In this document: positions 1-9,676 of the stretch, one piece after another
How positions within the stretch are numbered: the first letter of the stretch is position 1
Layout: each line of letters opens with the position of its first letter
Assembly: GCA_963752255.1 (NCBI GenBank)
Contig: CAVVXT010000012.1
Location: 192,001-256,000, forward strand
Length of the DNA: 64,000 nucleotides
Direction of reading: 5' to 3'
DNA from: Nitrososphaeria archaeon
Lineage (GTDB): Archaea; Thermoproteota; Nitrososphaeria; JACIWG01
Position numbers and translations under genes: made by a program
Notes under the pieces: model-generated
Database searches by the model: none
What the model saw: only the letters and a program-made list of their open reading frames with translations
What the model was told of the DNA's origin: nothing

Positions 1-2
1 TG

Positions 3-728
3 ATTACCGTGTCTTGTGCCATGATAGAAGATCTAGCGCACATCAATGTACCTAAAGAAAAGATAAACGTCGTATATAACGGCGTGGATCCTCACAAATA
101 TGATCCGACTGCGATACCAAACGATGTCGCGCAGATCGTTAGAAAAAGATATAACATAAAGGATGATGAGACAATGCTGCTTTTTGTTGGCAGATTAGTT
201 CCAGTTAAAGGTGTAGATAAACTCATCTACGCTATGGAGCATGTTAACGAGAAATACCCGAAAGCCAAGCTTGTAATCGTTGGCACATCCGACAATGAAC
301 GATACTACTCAAATCTAATATCAAATCTAAAATTGGATAAAATCGTTATCCCCAGATTTGAGTTCATAAGTGAGGAGGAAAGAATAATTCACTACGCTGC
401 CTGCGATATGGCCATTTTCCCGAGCCTATATGAACCGTTCGGGATAGTGGCACTAGAGGCCATGAGCATGGAAAAACCCGTCATCGTAGGAGCGAGAGGA
501 ATTTCTGGCCTTAGAGAAATAGTCCTTCCGTCAGGGCCAGATCAGTGTGGCGTCCACGTTAACCCATATGATCCAGCAGATATAGCATGGGGGATAGGTG
601 TCCTATTGAGCGATATGACTAAGTCAAAACAGTTTGGAGTTAACGGCAGAAAAAGGGTTCTAGCAAATTTTACGTGGGACAAGGTAGCTGACGATACTAT
701 AAAAGTATACAAACAGTTAGTTAAGTAG
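3..728 (+). CDS. GT4 (GT-B) glycosyltransferase, glycogen-synthase-like; 5' end lies outside the window
   Basis: FVGRL..VKG and PSLYEPFGIVALEAM motifs; the frame is open from the window edge. Confidence 0.88.
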   Translation: MTVSCAMIEDLAHINVPKEKINVVYNGVDPHKYDPTAIPNDVAQIVRKRYNIKDDETMLLFVGRLVPVKGVDKLIYAMEHVNEKYPKAKLVIVGTSDNERYYSNLISNLKLDKIVIPRFEFISEEERIIHYAACDMAIFPSLYEPFGIVALEAMSMEKPVIVGARGISGLREIVLPSGPDQCGVHVNPYDPADIAWGIGVLLSDMTKSKQFGVNGRKRVLANFTWDKVADDTIKVYKQLVK

Positions 729-738
729 GTGCAGGGAT

Positions 739-1788
739 ACGGGAGAAATTAGAAAGGACTACTTTGTCGATAGGTGGGTCGTAATAGAGCCTGGAAGAGC
801 TAAAAGACCTTCAGACTTTAAGGTTCCGAGAGAAGAGAAGGAGGAAGGGGTCTGCCTTTTTTGCCCAGGAAACGAAAATCTAACTCCTCCGTCGATATAT
901 ACGATAATATATGAAAACAACATGTACATAAAGAAACAGGACAGTGGAGAAGAGAGAGTCAAAAATTGGACTGTTAGAGTTTTTCCCAACAAGTACCCTA
1001 TAGTCTCACTCGAACCAGAAGCTGAACATACCAACTACCCGATAGAGAGCGAGCCCGCATATGGACATCACTATATTGTTGTTCCAACACCAAACCATGA
1101 TGATAAATTCATAAATTTCTCTAAAGAACAATGGTCAGGACTGATCAACGTTTTAAACGATATGGTGCAATACTTGTACGGTAACAAAGTTAAGGGTGTC
1201 GGATACATTTCGATCTTTATAAATAATGGAAAAGAGGCGGGCGCATCAATAAAGCATCCACATGTACAGATAGTTACAACCCAAAATATTCCTCCTCCAA
1301 TATTAAGTGAAATATCAAGCATAGAAAGGCATCCGACGTTTGGAAGGTGCCTACACTGTAATATTATCAGATCTGAGACCGGTGGTCCAAGAAACATCTA
1401 CACTTCAAAGTACTTTATAGCCATCACACCATGGGCTTCCTTTAATCCCTACGAATTCTGGATATATCCAATAAAACATGAGACAAAATTTTCTGAAATA
1501 AGCTCAGACAAAGTCGACGACCTAGCACAGATACTAAAGATCATGATGGGGGCCCTAGGTGCAACAGTCGGCGATATCCCATTTAATCTAGTTTTCCATA
1601 TATCTCCTGAAAAAAGGACAACGAAACAGCTGCATTGGCACATTGAAGTGTATCCTAGGCTTACAACGTATGCAGGATTAGAACTAGGGTCAGGCATATA
1701 TGTCAACCCCGTGCCACCAGAGCAGGCATGCATCGTCCTAGGTGTTGCGGCTAGGAAGGAGCATGCGAAGATGTACGGCATAGAGTAA
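739..1788 (+). CDS. galT: Galactose-1-phosphate uridylyltransferase (HIT-family GalT); real N-terminus lies upstream of the ORF-track start
   Basis: HPHVQ catalytic motif, PNKYP, WHIEVYPR. In-frame upstream sequence from 742 reads GEIRKDYFVDRWVVIEPGRAKRP...CLFCPGNE, the conserved GalT N-terminus, preceded by ACG at 739. Confidence 0.88.
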   Translation, partial: TGEIRKDYFVDRWVVIEPGRAKRPSDFKVPREEKEEGVCLFCPGNENLTPPSIYTIIYENNMYIKKQDSGEERVKNWTVRVFPNKYPIVSLEPEAEHTNYPIESEPAYGHHYIVVPTPNHDDKFINFSKEQWSGLINVLNDMVQYLYGNKVKGVGYISIFINNGKEAGASIKHPHVQIVTTQNIPPPILSEISSIERHPTFGRCLHCNIIRSETGGPRNIYTSKYFIAITPWASFNPYEFWIYPIKHETKFSEISSDKVDDLAQILKIMMGALGATVGDIPFNLVFHISPEKRTTKQLHWHIEVYPRLTTYAGLELGSGIYVNPVPPEQACIVLGVAARKEHAKMYGIE

Positions 1789-2000
1789 GGGATGACCGTA
1801 ATCCTCATGTGATAAAGGGAAATCTAGTCATATTAGCCAAACGCGTTCATCCCCACAGAAGCCCCTGTCTGAGGTATGGGTTTGATGCCAAGAATTTAGA
1901 TTGCAGAACGTTCTGTGTTTAAAAAAGGATAAATCATCTGATCTGACACCATTTTTTATATATAGATTACTGGCATATTTTCAAAAAGAGAGTTATGAAT

Positions 2001-3179
2001 TTATTTATCATTCCTCTCATTTATTGCACCCTTGTATAAATCTAAAGTTTTTTCAGCGATGATGGACCACGAAAATTCTTTCTCAATACTTTCTCTACCC
2101 TTCTCTTTCAAATGTTCTGCTAGACCACGGTCAGAAAGAACCCTGTCAACACCCCAGAAGATCGAAGGCGGGTTCTGCGGAAAGACCTTTATTCCGTTAT
2201 CCTCATGACTAATAATTTCGGACAAACCATCGATATCACTTACAACGACAGGAACACCGGCAGCCATCCCCTCTAAAGCAACTATTCCAAATGGCTCGTA
2301 TATGGAGGGGACGACAAGGACGTCTGTGCTCTTCATCAGTTTGACCATTTCTACATCTGGGAGAAACCCAGTAAAAATAACCCTATTTGAAACTCCTAGA
2401 CGTGAGGCTTCGGATTCCAGGTAGCTTCTGGATGGACCATCCCCTACAATTAATAGCTTGGCGTTATATTTACTCAAAATCTGTGGCATCGCTCTAATAA
2501 GGTATTCGCAGCCTTTTTGAGCTGTCAGTCTCCCTACAAAAAGGATCATCTGTTCCTTCCAGTATACGCCGTAGCTTTCCCTAGTTTTTGACACTTCAAC
2601 ATTAATATTTATCCTCTCAGAATCAATACCGTTTGGAATAACACTTATCTTACTGGGATTTATGCTGAACTTCTGCATTGCATCGTTCTTCATCGAATTA
2701 CTACACACTATTAACTTTGAAGAATCATATGAACCCCACCATTCAATACTTTCGATCATCATAGATTCTAAAGTCTTCGAACCCAAGCTCCTTCTAAATT
2801 CTAGGCTATGAAATGTTAAAACAAAAACAGAGGAAGTGTAGAGTTTAGCTTCACTAGCCGAAGGGACAACCATCCAATCGTGACCATGAACGATATCGAA
2901 GGAACCATAATCTTTGATCAGCTGAGCAATTTTCTTGCTGAAGAAATGATTCATTAAATATATCCAATTGTAAAAATTTGGTGCGGGAATTTGTATCTGT
3001 GTACGAACTATATGGATTCCATCTTTTGTTTCAGTAAGCGGACTATCATGTGCCTCTGGAGTTATCACTGTAACATCAACGCCTTCCTTTACAAGAAATT
3101 TTGAAAGCTCATAAACGTGTCTAGCTATGCCACCGATAATATTAGGTGGAAACTCCCAAGATAGCATCAAAACACGCAA
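2001..3179 (-). CDS. GT4 glycosyltransferase (glycogen synthase-like)
   Basis: MRVLMLSWEFPP..GG, HGHDW, FVGRL..QKG, PSIYEPFGIVALE. Confidence 0.9.
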   Translation of the reverse strand: MRVLMLSWEFPPNIIGGIARHVYELSKFLVKEGVDVTVITPEAHDSPLTETKDGIHIVRTQIQIPAPNFYNWIYLMNHFFSKKIAQLIKDYGSFDIVHGHDWMVVPSASEAKLYTSSVFVLTFHSLEFRRSLGSKTLESMMIESIEWWGSYDSSKLIVCSNSMKNDAMQKFSINPSKISVIPNGIDSERININVEVSKTRESYGVYWKEQMILFVGRLTAQKGCEYLIRAMPQILSKYNAKLLIVGDGPSRSYLESEASRLGVSNRVIFTGFLPDVEMVKLMKSTDVLVVPSIYEPFGIVALEGMAAGVPVVVSDIDGLSEIISHEDNGIKVFPQNPPSIFWGVDRVLSDRGLAEHLKEKGRESIEKEFSWSIIAEKTLDLYKGAINERNDK

Positions 3180-3181
3180 TT

Positions 3182-3511
3182 TCAGTCACCTGAATCCCAT
3201 TTATGGAAACAAATTTTCCGTCGTGTCATAGTTACGTAATTGATAGGAAATCTCTTTTTTTCAGGCTGAGAGGACTCTACATGCTGGTAGGTGGACGATT
3301 TCCTAGCGCTTGGCCGCTTGTGCCCGCAGTTTCCCTCCATAAAAATCTCTATTTCATTTATAACGTCAATCACGTTCAACCAACCTATTTTTGGCTCTGA
3401 TTGATCTCCGATCCCTAGCGCTAAAACATATTCTGGTAGATAGGGTGGGATTAAATACGGTAACCTGTATCCTTCTCCATCGGCCATAACAGCTATGTCC
3501 GTATCTTCCAC
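3182..3511 (-). CDS. Hypothetical protein
   Basis: Co-oriented ORF ending 2 nt before the GT4 start; no recognisable motif; the C-terminal part is uncertain because CTAG sites inside it could hide an indel. Confidence 0.45.
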   Translation of the reverse strand: MEDTDIAVMADGEGYRLPYLIPPYLPEYVLALGIGDQSEPKIGWLNVIDVINEIEIFMEGNCGHKRPSARKSSTYQHVESSQPEKKRFPINYVTMTRRKICFHKWDSGD

Positions 3512-3543
3512 AACTTAAGTTAAGTAAAGGCTACATAAATAAT

Positions 3544-3819
3544 TTACATAATCTCTTTAAGATTCGCAACTAAAGAGAGAGTGTACCCAGATAATCCAAT
3601 TCTTTTAAGAACTTTTTTTAGGTAATCGATATCCTTTGTCTTCGAAGGGTCTACTTTATTCATTACAGCAAGATATACCGTCGATACGTCCAATAAGTAA
3701 AAGTAGCATATTATTTGGTTAAGTGTCTGACCCTCTGGATAAAGCTCCATTATGTTAGAAGGATCGCATTCTCTTAAATCTGCGAGGGAAACAGCATCCT
3801 TTGTCATATTTACGATCAA
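3544..3819 (-). CDS. Hypothetical protein
   Basis: 91-aa ORF fills the gap and is co-oriented with its neighbours; AT-rich TATA-like sequence upstream. Confidence 0.55.
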   Translation of the reverse strand: MIVNMTKDAVSLADLRECDPSNIMELYPEGQTLNQIICYFYLLDVSTVYLAVMNKVDPSKTKDIDYLKKVLKRIGLSGYTLSLVANLKEIM

Positions 3820-3923
3820 ATTGTAGTTGTACTAGATATAAATTTTTTTTTAAATAAAAAATAAGATAGGGTCTAGCGCCCCTCATTGCCTTCAATATAT
3901 TTTAGGTCTTTGTATCTTTGGGT

Positions 3924-4340
3924 TTAAGCCTTTTTGGCTACAATGATGTCGCATGTAGAAACGTTTCTTATAATCCCCTCAGGTGTGTGTATTGCTTCTG
4001 TTCCTAAATTGGTTTCTTTTATATAGAATTTGCCTTCTCCAAATCTGTTAATCAGTACTTGTGATACATCTACTGCCATGCTGATTGCTCTACCTCTTGA
4101 TTTGATGCTGATGAAAGACGATTGTGACAGTTGCAGGACAGCTGAGAGCACGTAAGCCATGACACCCTTCTTCCCGATGTATATAACGTTAGGTTCTGAT
4201 CTCCTCTGAGGAGTTGGGGCAAAAGTTGGGGCAAAAGTTGGGGCAAAAGTTGGGGCAGTAGGGGCAGCCTTTGTTTCTTCCGGCGCGTCTTCTGAGACAA
4301 CATTACTGTTTTCTTCAGTCTTTTTGATTGCTTTGGTCAT
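3924..4340 (-). CDS. albA: DNA/RNA-binding protein Alba with long N-terminal low-complexity extension
   Basis: IYIGKK..MAYV, IKSRGRAIS.AVDV, RNVSTCDI motifs. Confidence 0.9.
   Translation of the reverse strand: MTKAIKKTEENSNVVSEDAPEETKAAPTAPTFAPTFAPTFAPTPQRRSEPNVIYIGKKGVMAYVLSAVLQLSQSSFISIKSRGRAISMAVDVSQVLINRFGEGKFYIKETNLGTEAIHTPEGIIRNVSTCDIIVAKKA
4212..4266. repeat. 12-bp tandem repeat AGTTGGGGCAAA x3.8 plus one degenerate copy; encodes (APTF)n in Alba
   Basis: Read directly at 4212-4257, with a further GTAGGGGCA at 4258-4266. Confidence 0.95.
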
Positions 4341-4417
4341 ATTTTTCTCCTGAACATTAGGGACGAAAATCTGATTAATAACTTTGTCGGTTTTCGTCTC
4401 CCAAAACTAAAGGAAGA

Positions 4418-4687
4418 TCATAGAAGGTATTGTAGAGCTATATCTTGATATGTGCTATCAGGAAGCTGACGTCTTATAGATATAGGTAAAGCTTTCGCAT
4501 AAAGCTCCCTCTTTGCAATCTCTGTTACATTGAAAAGATCATCACGAGCTATAAATGATGGTGCACCATATGACAGCTGAAGAGCTCTTGCACCAATTAT
4601 TCTGGCCCGCTCATACTTAGTTAATTTTGGAGGCCCAATTGTTATCTTAAACAAACTAGATACTTTTTGATGAGATTTTTTAGACAT
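4418..4687 (-). CDS. rpoK: RNA polymerase subunit K (Rpo6)
   Basis: LTKYERARIIGARALQL..GAP, LPISIRR. Confidence 0.95.
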   Translation of the reverse strand: MSKKSHQKVSSLFKITIGPPKLTKYERARIIGARALQLSYGAPSFIARDDLFNVTEIAKRELYAKALPISIRRQLPDSTYQDIALQYLL

Positions 4688-4791
4688 TAGAGAAAATCAC
4701 CGTTCCCAGCACATTCCCCTTTAACGAAGTCCTTTTTGAAAGTTTCGGTCACACTTTTAAAAGAATTATAAACCAGGGTGGAAATTAGTAT

Positions 4792-5184
4792 ATGACGTTA
4801 TTGTCGACTGTAGGAACTGTTTCTAGACAGAAATTTAGGATAACTATTACAGGCAAAGGCGAAGTTATCGCTAATTTATACAGACACCTATCTCCATCGA
4901 CACTGTTAAGGTTAAACAAGATCCTCCCATTAGAAACCCACGTAATAAGGCAAAATGGTGTTATTGTTATGCCTGTAAATGTTATAGCGGGCAAGGAAAA
5001 GATCAGAGACGAATTTAAGAGAGGTGAAATTGCGTTTGGTCTCCAAGAAGTAGCTTTAGTGGTTTTCCTTGAAGAAACAAAGGTTGCTAGAAAGTACAAC
5101 ATAATAGGTGAAGTGGAGACAGGGCTTGACCTATTAGATAGTATTGTTCACAGTGAAACCGTCAAGATTGAAAGAATAGATTAA
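4792..5184 (+). CDS. Cyclophilin-like fold protein (TM1367/DUF369-like)
   Basis: L.RHLSP.T....LPL, FKRGEIAF, NIIGEV..G pattern. Confidence 0.6.
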   Translation: MTLLSTVGTVSRQKFRITITGKGEVIANLYRHLSPSTLLRLNKILPLETHVIRQNGVIVMPVNVIAGKEKIRDEFKRGEIAFGLQEVALVVFLEETKVARKYNIIGEVETGLDLLDSIVHSETVKIERID

Positions 5185-5190
5185 AATCCA

Positions 5191-5514
5191 TTATTCCTTG
5201 AACTTGTAGATAAAATGGCTACTAAAGCCGCCTACCTTCACGATTAAGCCCTTTGATTCAAGAGTTTTAAGGAATTGATTAGCTGCTGAGGCAGTAACAC
5301 CTAAAGCTTTGGCGACCGAATATAATGTTAAGGACTTTGCAGCCTTTAACTGATTTAATGCTTCTTTCTCATCCCTCACACGATCTTTATATTCTTCACG
5401 CCTAGGAGAACGTCCTCCCTTTTTTTCTGACTTAGCTTTAGCAGCCTGTTCTTCGGATTCTTTCCCCTGAGCCTTTTCTTCAGACGTTATACTCCTTTTC
5501 TTTGTTCCACCCAT
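5191..5514 (-). CDS. rps25e: 30S ribosomal protein eS25
   Basis: Basic N-terminus MGGTKK, T.YSVA..LGV..S.A...LK.LE.KG. Confidence 0.88.
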   Translation of the reverse strand: MGGTKKRSITSEEKAQGKESEEQAAKAKSEKKGGRSPRREEYKDRVRDEKEALNQLKAAKSLTLYSVAKALGVTASAANQFLKTLESKGLIVKVGGFSSHFIYKFKE

Positions 5515-5618
5515 GATTGTTCAGCCAATTACACCCAACGTTCAAATAGATTAACCTTTCTATTGTCAAAGAAAAAGTTAATTAAACTAGAATCTAAAAT
5601 ACAACTATAGATAAGCCA

Positions 5619-7392
5619 ATGAACTTCTCAGAGCTTTCAGACATATTAGAAAGACTATCGGAAACAACAAAAAGACTGGAGATGATAAGCATACTAGGCA
5701 GAACTCTTTAAAAAAACAGACCCAGACGTAATCGATAAAGTTATCTACATGATACAGGGGAAATTGTATCCTGATTATGTAGGAATAGAAACTGGCATAG
5801 CTGAAAAGACTGCAGCAAAAGTAATAGCTAACGTTTCAGGTGTCAGTATTGCGAAGGTAGAAGAACTTACTTCGAAATTAGGTGATTTAGGTAACGTTGC
5901 AGAAAAACTTCTAAATAAAAAAACGCAGGTGACCCTTTTTTCTGAACAGCTCACAGTAGAAAAAGTGTATTCTGCTTTAGACAAGACTGCACGAACAAAA
6001 GGATCCGGAGCACAAGAGATGAAACAAAAAATACTTTCGGGACTTTTAAATGAAAGCAAATCCAACGAAGCTAAATTTTTGATAAGATTTGTGATCGGAA
6101 CACTGAGACTTGGAGTTGCAGACTATACGATACTAGACGGTCTGGCCCAAGCGTTCAGTGGGGGTAAAGACAGCAGAAATTTGATTGAGAGAGCCTACAA
6201 CGTATCCAGCGATCTGGGACTCGTAGCAAAAGTTCTTTCGAAAGGAGGGATAAATAGCTTAAATAGTTTCAGCATTACAGTCGGAAGACCTATCAGACCA
6301 ATGCTCGCTGAGAGACTGACAACAGCCCAAGAAGTTGTCGAAAAGATGAAGGGTGAGGTCTCCGTAGAATACAAACTTGATGGTGAAAGAGTCCAAATAC
6401 ATAAGAATCGAACAGATATATTACTTTTCTCAAGAAGACTTGAGAAAATAACGCATCACTATCCAGATGTCGCGAGCGCTGCCAAAAAAAATCTAGTCTT
6501 TGATGTCGGAATCGTTGAAGGAGAGATCGTTGCAATAAATAAGGACACGGGAGAACTCAGACCCTTCCAGGAGCTTATGCACAGAAGAAGAAAGTACGAA
6601 GTTGAGAAGGCCATGGAAGGAATACCTACAGTTGTCTATCTTTTCGATATACTCTCACTAAAAGGCAGGGACTTAACACAACAACCTTATCACGTTCGAA
6701 GAAAGCTGCTAATAGAGAACTTAAAGGAAGGTATCTCGATTAAAGTTGTACCAAATATAATAACCTCGAAACCCGAAGAAATTGAAAAATTTATGAATAA
6801 AGCAATCTCCGACGGATGTGAAGGCGTTGTAGTAAAGGACTTGAACGGCACCTATAGGGCTGGCGCAAGAGAATTTAGCTGGATAAAACTAAAAAGGGAA
6901 TACAGAAGCGAATTAGCTGACACCCTTGATCTTGTAATTGTAGGGGCCTTCTATGGTAAAGGAAAGAGAACGGGCAAGTATGGAACATTTCTTCTAGCAG
7001 CCTATGACGACGATAAAGACATTTTTGAGTCCATCAGCAAAGTCGGCACAGGATTCACAGACGAAAATCTTGGCAAATTCCAGAGGCTTCTTAACCAATA
7101 TAAGATTAAGCACGCACACAGCAGAGTGAACTCTAAAATAGAAACAGACGTTTGGTTTATTCCACAAGTTGTGATAGAAGTTGCAGCCTCAGAAATAACG
7201 TTCAGCCCTATCTACACAGCAGGCTATAACACGCTTAGAAAAGATGCAGGCCTAGCGCTGAGATTTCCAAAATTCACGGGACGAATAAGAGACGATAAAA
7301 ACCCGGAGGACGCGACTACAGTCAAAGAAGTTATTGAACTGTACCAGAAGAGGCTTAGTAGAATACAACCAGCAAGCAGCGACAATGTTTAG
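5619..7392 (+). CDS. lig: ATP-dependent DNA ligase; one extra base at about 5697-5698 (probable sequencing indel)
   Basis: EYKLDGER motif I, EGVVVK, WIKLK, LRFPKF. ATG at 5619 gives MNFSELSDILERLSETTKRLEMISIL, which joins AELFKKTDPD if one G is removed after CTAG. Confidence 0.93.
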
Positions 7393-7656
7393 CCTTCTTG
7401 ATCATTTAACGACACGTTTGAAATGAATTTTATTGGAGTTCCTTTGCAATTAATAAAAGAAAATTAGATAATCGAGACAGTGCTAAGAGACGTACATGCA
7501 TTTAAATCATTAAAAATCACACGTAATAAAATTATTTAAAAAACTCCTTAACATGGACGTAACTTTCACGCAGAGTCGCAACTAATTTATGTTAATTAAA
7601 AGTTTATGCTTGTTTAAAAATAATCATAGTTGATGAACAGAAAAGAACTTGTTACG

Positions 7657-8322
7657 ATGCCTAAGCTTCAGATCGCACTCGATCTTCTTGCTATAGACCG
7701 CGCGATAGAGATTTCTTACAAAGTTGAAAACTTCGGAGTGGACATATTGGAGGCTGGTACACCGCTGATTAAATCCGCAGGAATAAGAGTAGTAAGGGAA
7801 CTTAAGGGAAGATTTCCTAAAAAGATTGTACTCGCTGATCTGAAAACTTTAGATGTTGGAAGAATTGAAGTGCGTATGGCAGCTGAAGCAGGAGCTGACA
7901 TAGTATCAATTTCAGCTTTAGCGCCGGATGAGGTTATTACAGAAGCTCTAGCAGAAGCAGAAGAAAAAAAGGTGCTGTTGGAAGCAGATCTCTTGGGGGT
8001 GAAAGATCAATTAAATAGAACATTTGAGTTAAAAAAGCTTGGAGTTAACATTATCTGCGTTCACACAGCAATAGACCAGGAAAAAAGCGGTGTCAAATTT
8101 GAAGACAGACTCAACATGGTTAAATGCATAGCTCAAGAAAGAGATCTCGTTATTTCTGCAGCTGGAGGACTAAACATTGGAAATGTCGGGCAGATGGTTG
8201 AAGCTGGCGCAAATATAATCGTCGTTGGGAGAGCTATAACAAATTTGGCTGAACCGAGTTTAGTCGCTCGCCAATTTAAAAACGAAATTATAAAATTTAT
8301 CAACAGAGGACAGCTAAAATAG
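7657..8322 (+). CDS. hps: 3-hexulose-6-phosphate synthase family (OMPDC/HUMPS barrel)
   Basis: LQIALD, ILEAGTPLIKS.G, LADLKTLD.G..E, H.A.D.Q, AGG, VVGRAIT. Confidence 0.8.
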   Translation: MPKLQIALDLLAIDRAIEISYKVENFGVDILEAGTPLIKSAGIRVVRELKGRFPKKIVLADLKTLDVGRIEVRMAAEAGADIVSISALAPDEVITEALAEAEEKKVLLEADLLGVKDQLNRTFELKKLGVNIICVHTAIDQEKSGVKFEDRLNMVKCIAQERDLVISAAGGLNIGNVGQMVEAGANIIVVGRAITNLAEPSLVARQFKNEIIKFINRGQLK

Positions 8323-8384
8323 TATGGCCACAGCTCAGACCATTATATTATATCTTTTATCATGAAAAAAATGAAAAATGTTAT

Positions 8385-9062
8385 ATGTTACTTAATATAA
8401 GTAGACTTGACATGTACGAAGGAGAATCCGAACTTAGAGCAAAAAGGAAGACCTTGTCTCTGCTAACAGATGAGTCAAGAAAGGTTGTTGAAGGAGTAAG
8501 AATAATTTTAAATACGTACAACCAGATTTTAAAGGAAGATAAGGAGGGAATAAACGCAAGCATCGAAGAGGCGAAGAAAGTAGAAGACGATGTTGAGAGA
8601 TACAGAAGAAGCCTAATCAAAGAGCTGATGAGCATGGGCAATATTGTGATGAACAGGGAAGACGTTCTCCGTGCAGCATATTCTATAGAAGAAATTGTTA
8701 ATTACATTTATTCTATAACATTCCGATTAGCACAGATTGATCCTAAGATTTTCAAACGAGTCGTCGCAAAGGAAGTCGAAGAGCTCATTCTCATGGCCGC
8801 AGATATAGTGCAGAAGATGAGCGAGGTCGTGAGGATGTTGACAATAAATCAGCTGAAGGTTCCAGATATTGCAATAGAGGTCGAAAATATAGAAAAAGAG
8901 ATAGACATCAAATATAGGACATTAAGCATGAGATTACCTCCTACAATTTTAAATGCACCCGGGGGATTTCTTATTTTGGACCTTTTGGATCGAATAGAGA
9001 ACCTTGCAGACGCTTGTTTGAAAGCAACCGATGCAGTAACCATTCTCGCTCTTGGGATATAG
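8385..9062 (+). CDS. DUF47 / PhoU-like helical protein
   Basis: Two E...D helical repeats (VEDDVE, IEKEID), E.LAD near the C-terminus; start probably at MYEGESE. Confidence 0.72.
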   Translation: MLLNISRLDMYEGESELRAKRKTLSLLTDESRKVVEGVRIILNTYNQILKEDKEGINASIEEAKKVEDDVERYRRSLIKELMSMGNIVMNREDVLRAAYSIEEIVNYIYSITFRLAQIDPKIFKRVVAKEVEELILMAADIVQKMSEVVRMLTINQLKVPDIAIEVENIEKEIDIKYRTLSMRLPPTILNAPGGFLILDLLDRIENLADACLKATDAVTILALGI

Positions 9063-9074
9063 GAGCATGAAATA

Positions 9075-9623
9075 ATGGACGCTTTCACTGGAAGTCTTTT
9101 AGGAAACAGAATAATGATCAGCAACTTAGAGGAGTCTCATGAACTTTACAGGATAGGGTTTTTCGGAAAACCTCTTGGTGTACATAAGCCAAAGAATGGG
9201 GAGTTTAACACACCTATAGTCTTAGATGTTATAGAAGGATTATATCTCGTTGAGAGAAAAATGCTTAGAGTGCTTAATGAAAATGGTTCAGAAATATCTT
9301 CGGAAGAACTTTTGAAGATCTGTAGGAAAGATTATGTTAATTTTGATATGAAATATATTGTTTACAAAGATCTAAGAGATAAGAAACATATAGCTTTACC
9401 GGGAATAAAATTCGGATGCGATTTCGCTGTGTACGAACATGGACCAGGAATCGATCATGCACCGTACTTGGTGCAGGTAATAGGTGAAAAAGATAAACTC
9501 TCAGCAACGTCGGTTGTCCTATCTGGACGGCTAGCTACGACAGTTAGGAAACAATTCATTATGGCAATAGTAGGTCACGATGGTGACCCAAAGTATTTGA
9601 CGTTAGAATGGTGGAAATCTTAG
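9075..9623 (+). CDS. endA: tRNA-splicing endonuclease catalytic subunit
   Basis: VYKDLR, GIKFGCDFAVY..GPG..HAPY, RLA..VRK (Tyr-His-Lys triad). Confidence 0.92.
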   Translation: MDAFTGSLLGNRIMISNLEESHELYRIGFFGKPLGVHKPKNGEFNTPIVLDVIEGLYLVERKMLRVLNENGSEISSEELLKICRKDYVNFDMKYIVYKDLRDKKHIALPGIKFGCDFAVYEHGPGIDHAPYLVQVIGEKDKLSATSVVLSGRLATTVRKQFIMAIVGHDGDPKYLTLEWWKS

Positions 9624-9676
9624 ATCATTTTAGAAAACTTTTAATCTGACATCTACGGTGGTACCGTAAGTAGTGA

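Noticed and set aside
4212-4266. Repeat as a CRISPR array
   Set aside because: 12-bp head-to-tail units with no spacers, in frame inside alba; no cas genes in the window
5706-5717. prfB-like +1 programmed frameshift at CTT-TAA-AAAAA in lig
   Set aside because: The shifted frame already encodes the ligase-like A-E-L-F-K upstream of this site, which places the break at CTAGG instead
5619-7392. Calling lig (and likewise gatE, nop5, scpA, R15P isomerase) pseudogenes
   Set aside because: Each has a single 1-nt indel, both halves keep full motifs, most are essential, and the breaks share a CTAG context; a systematic sequencing artefact is more likely
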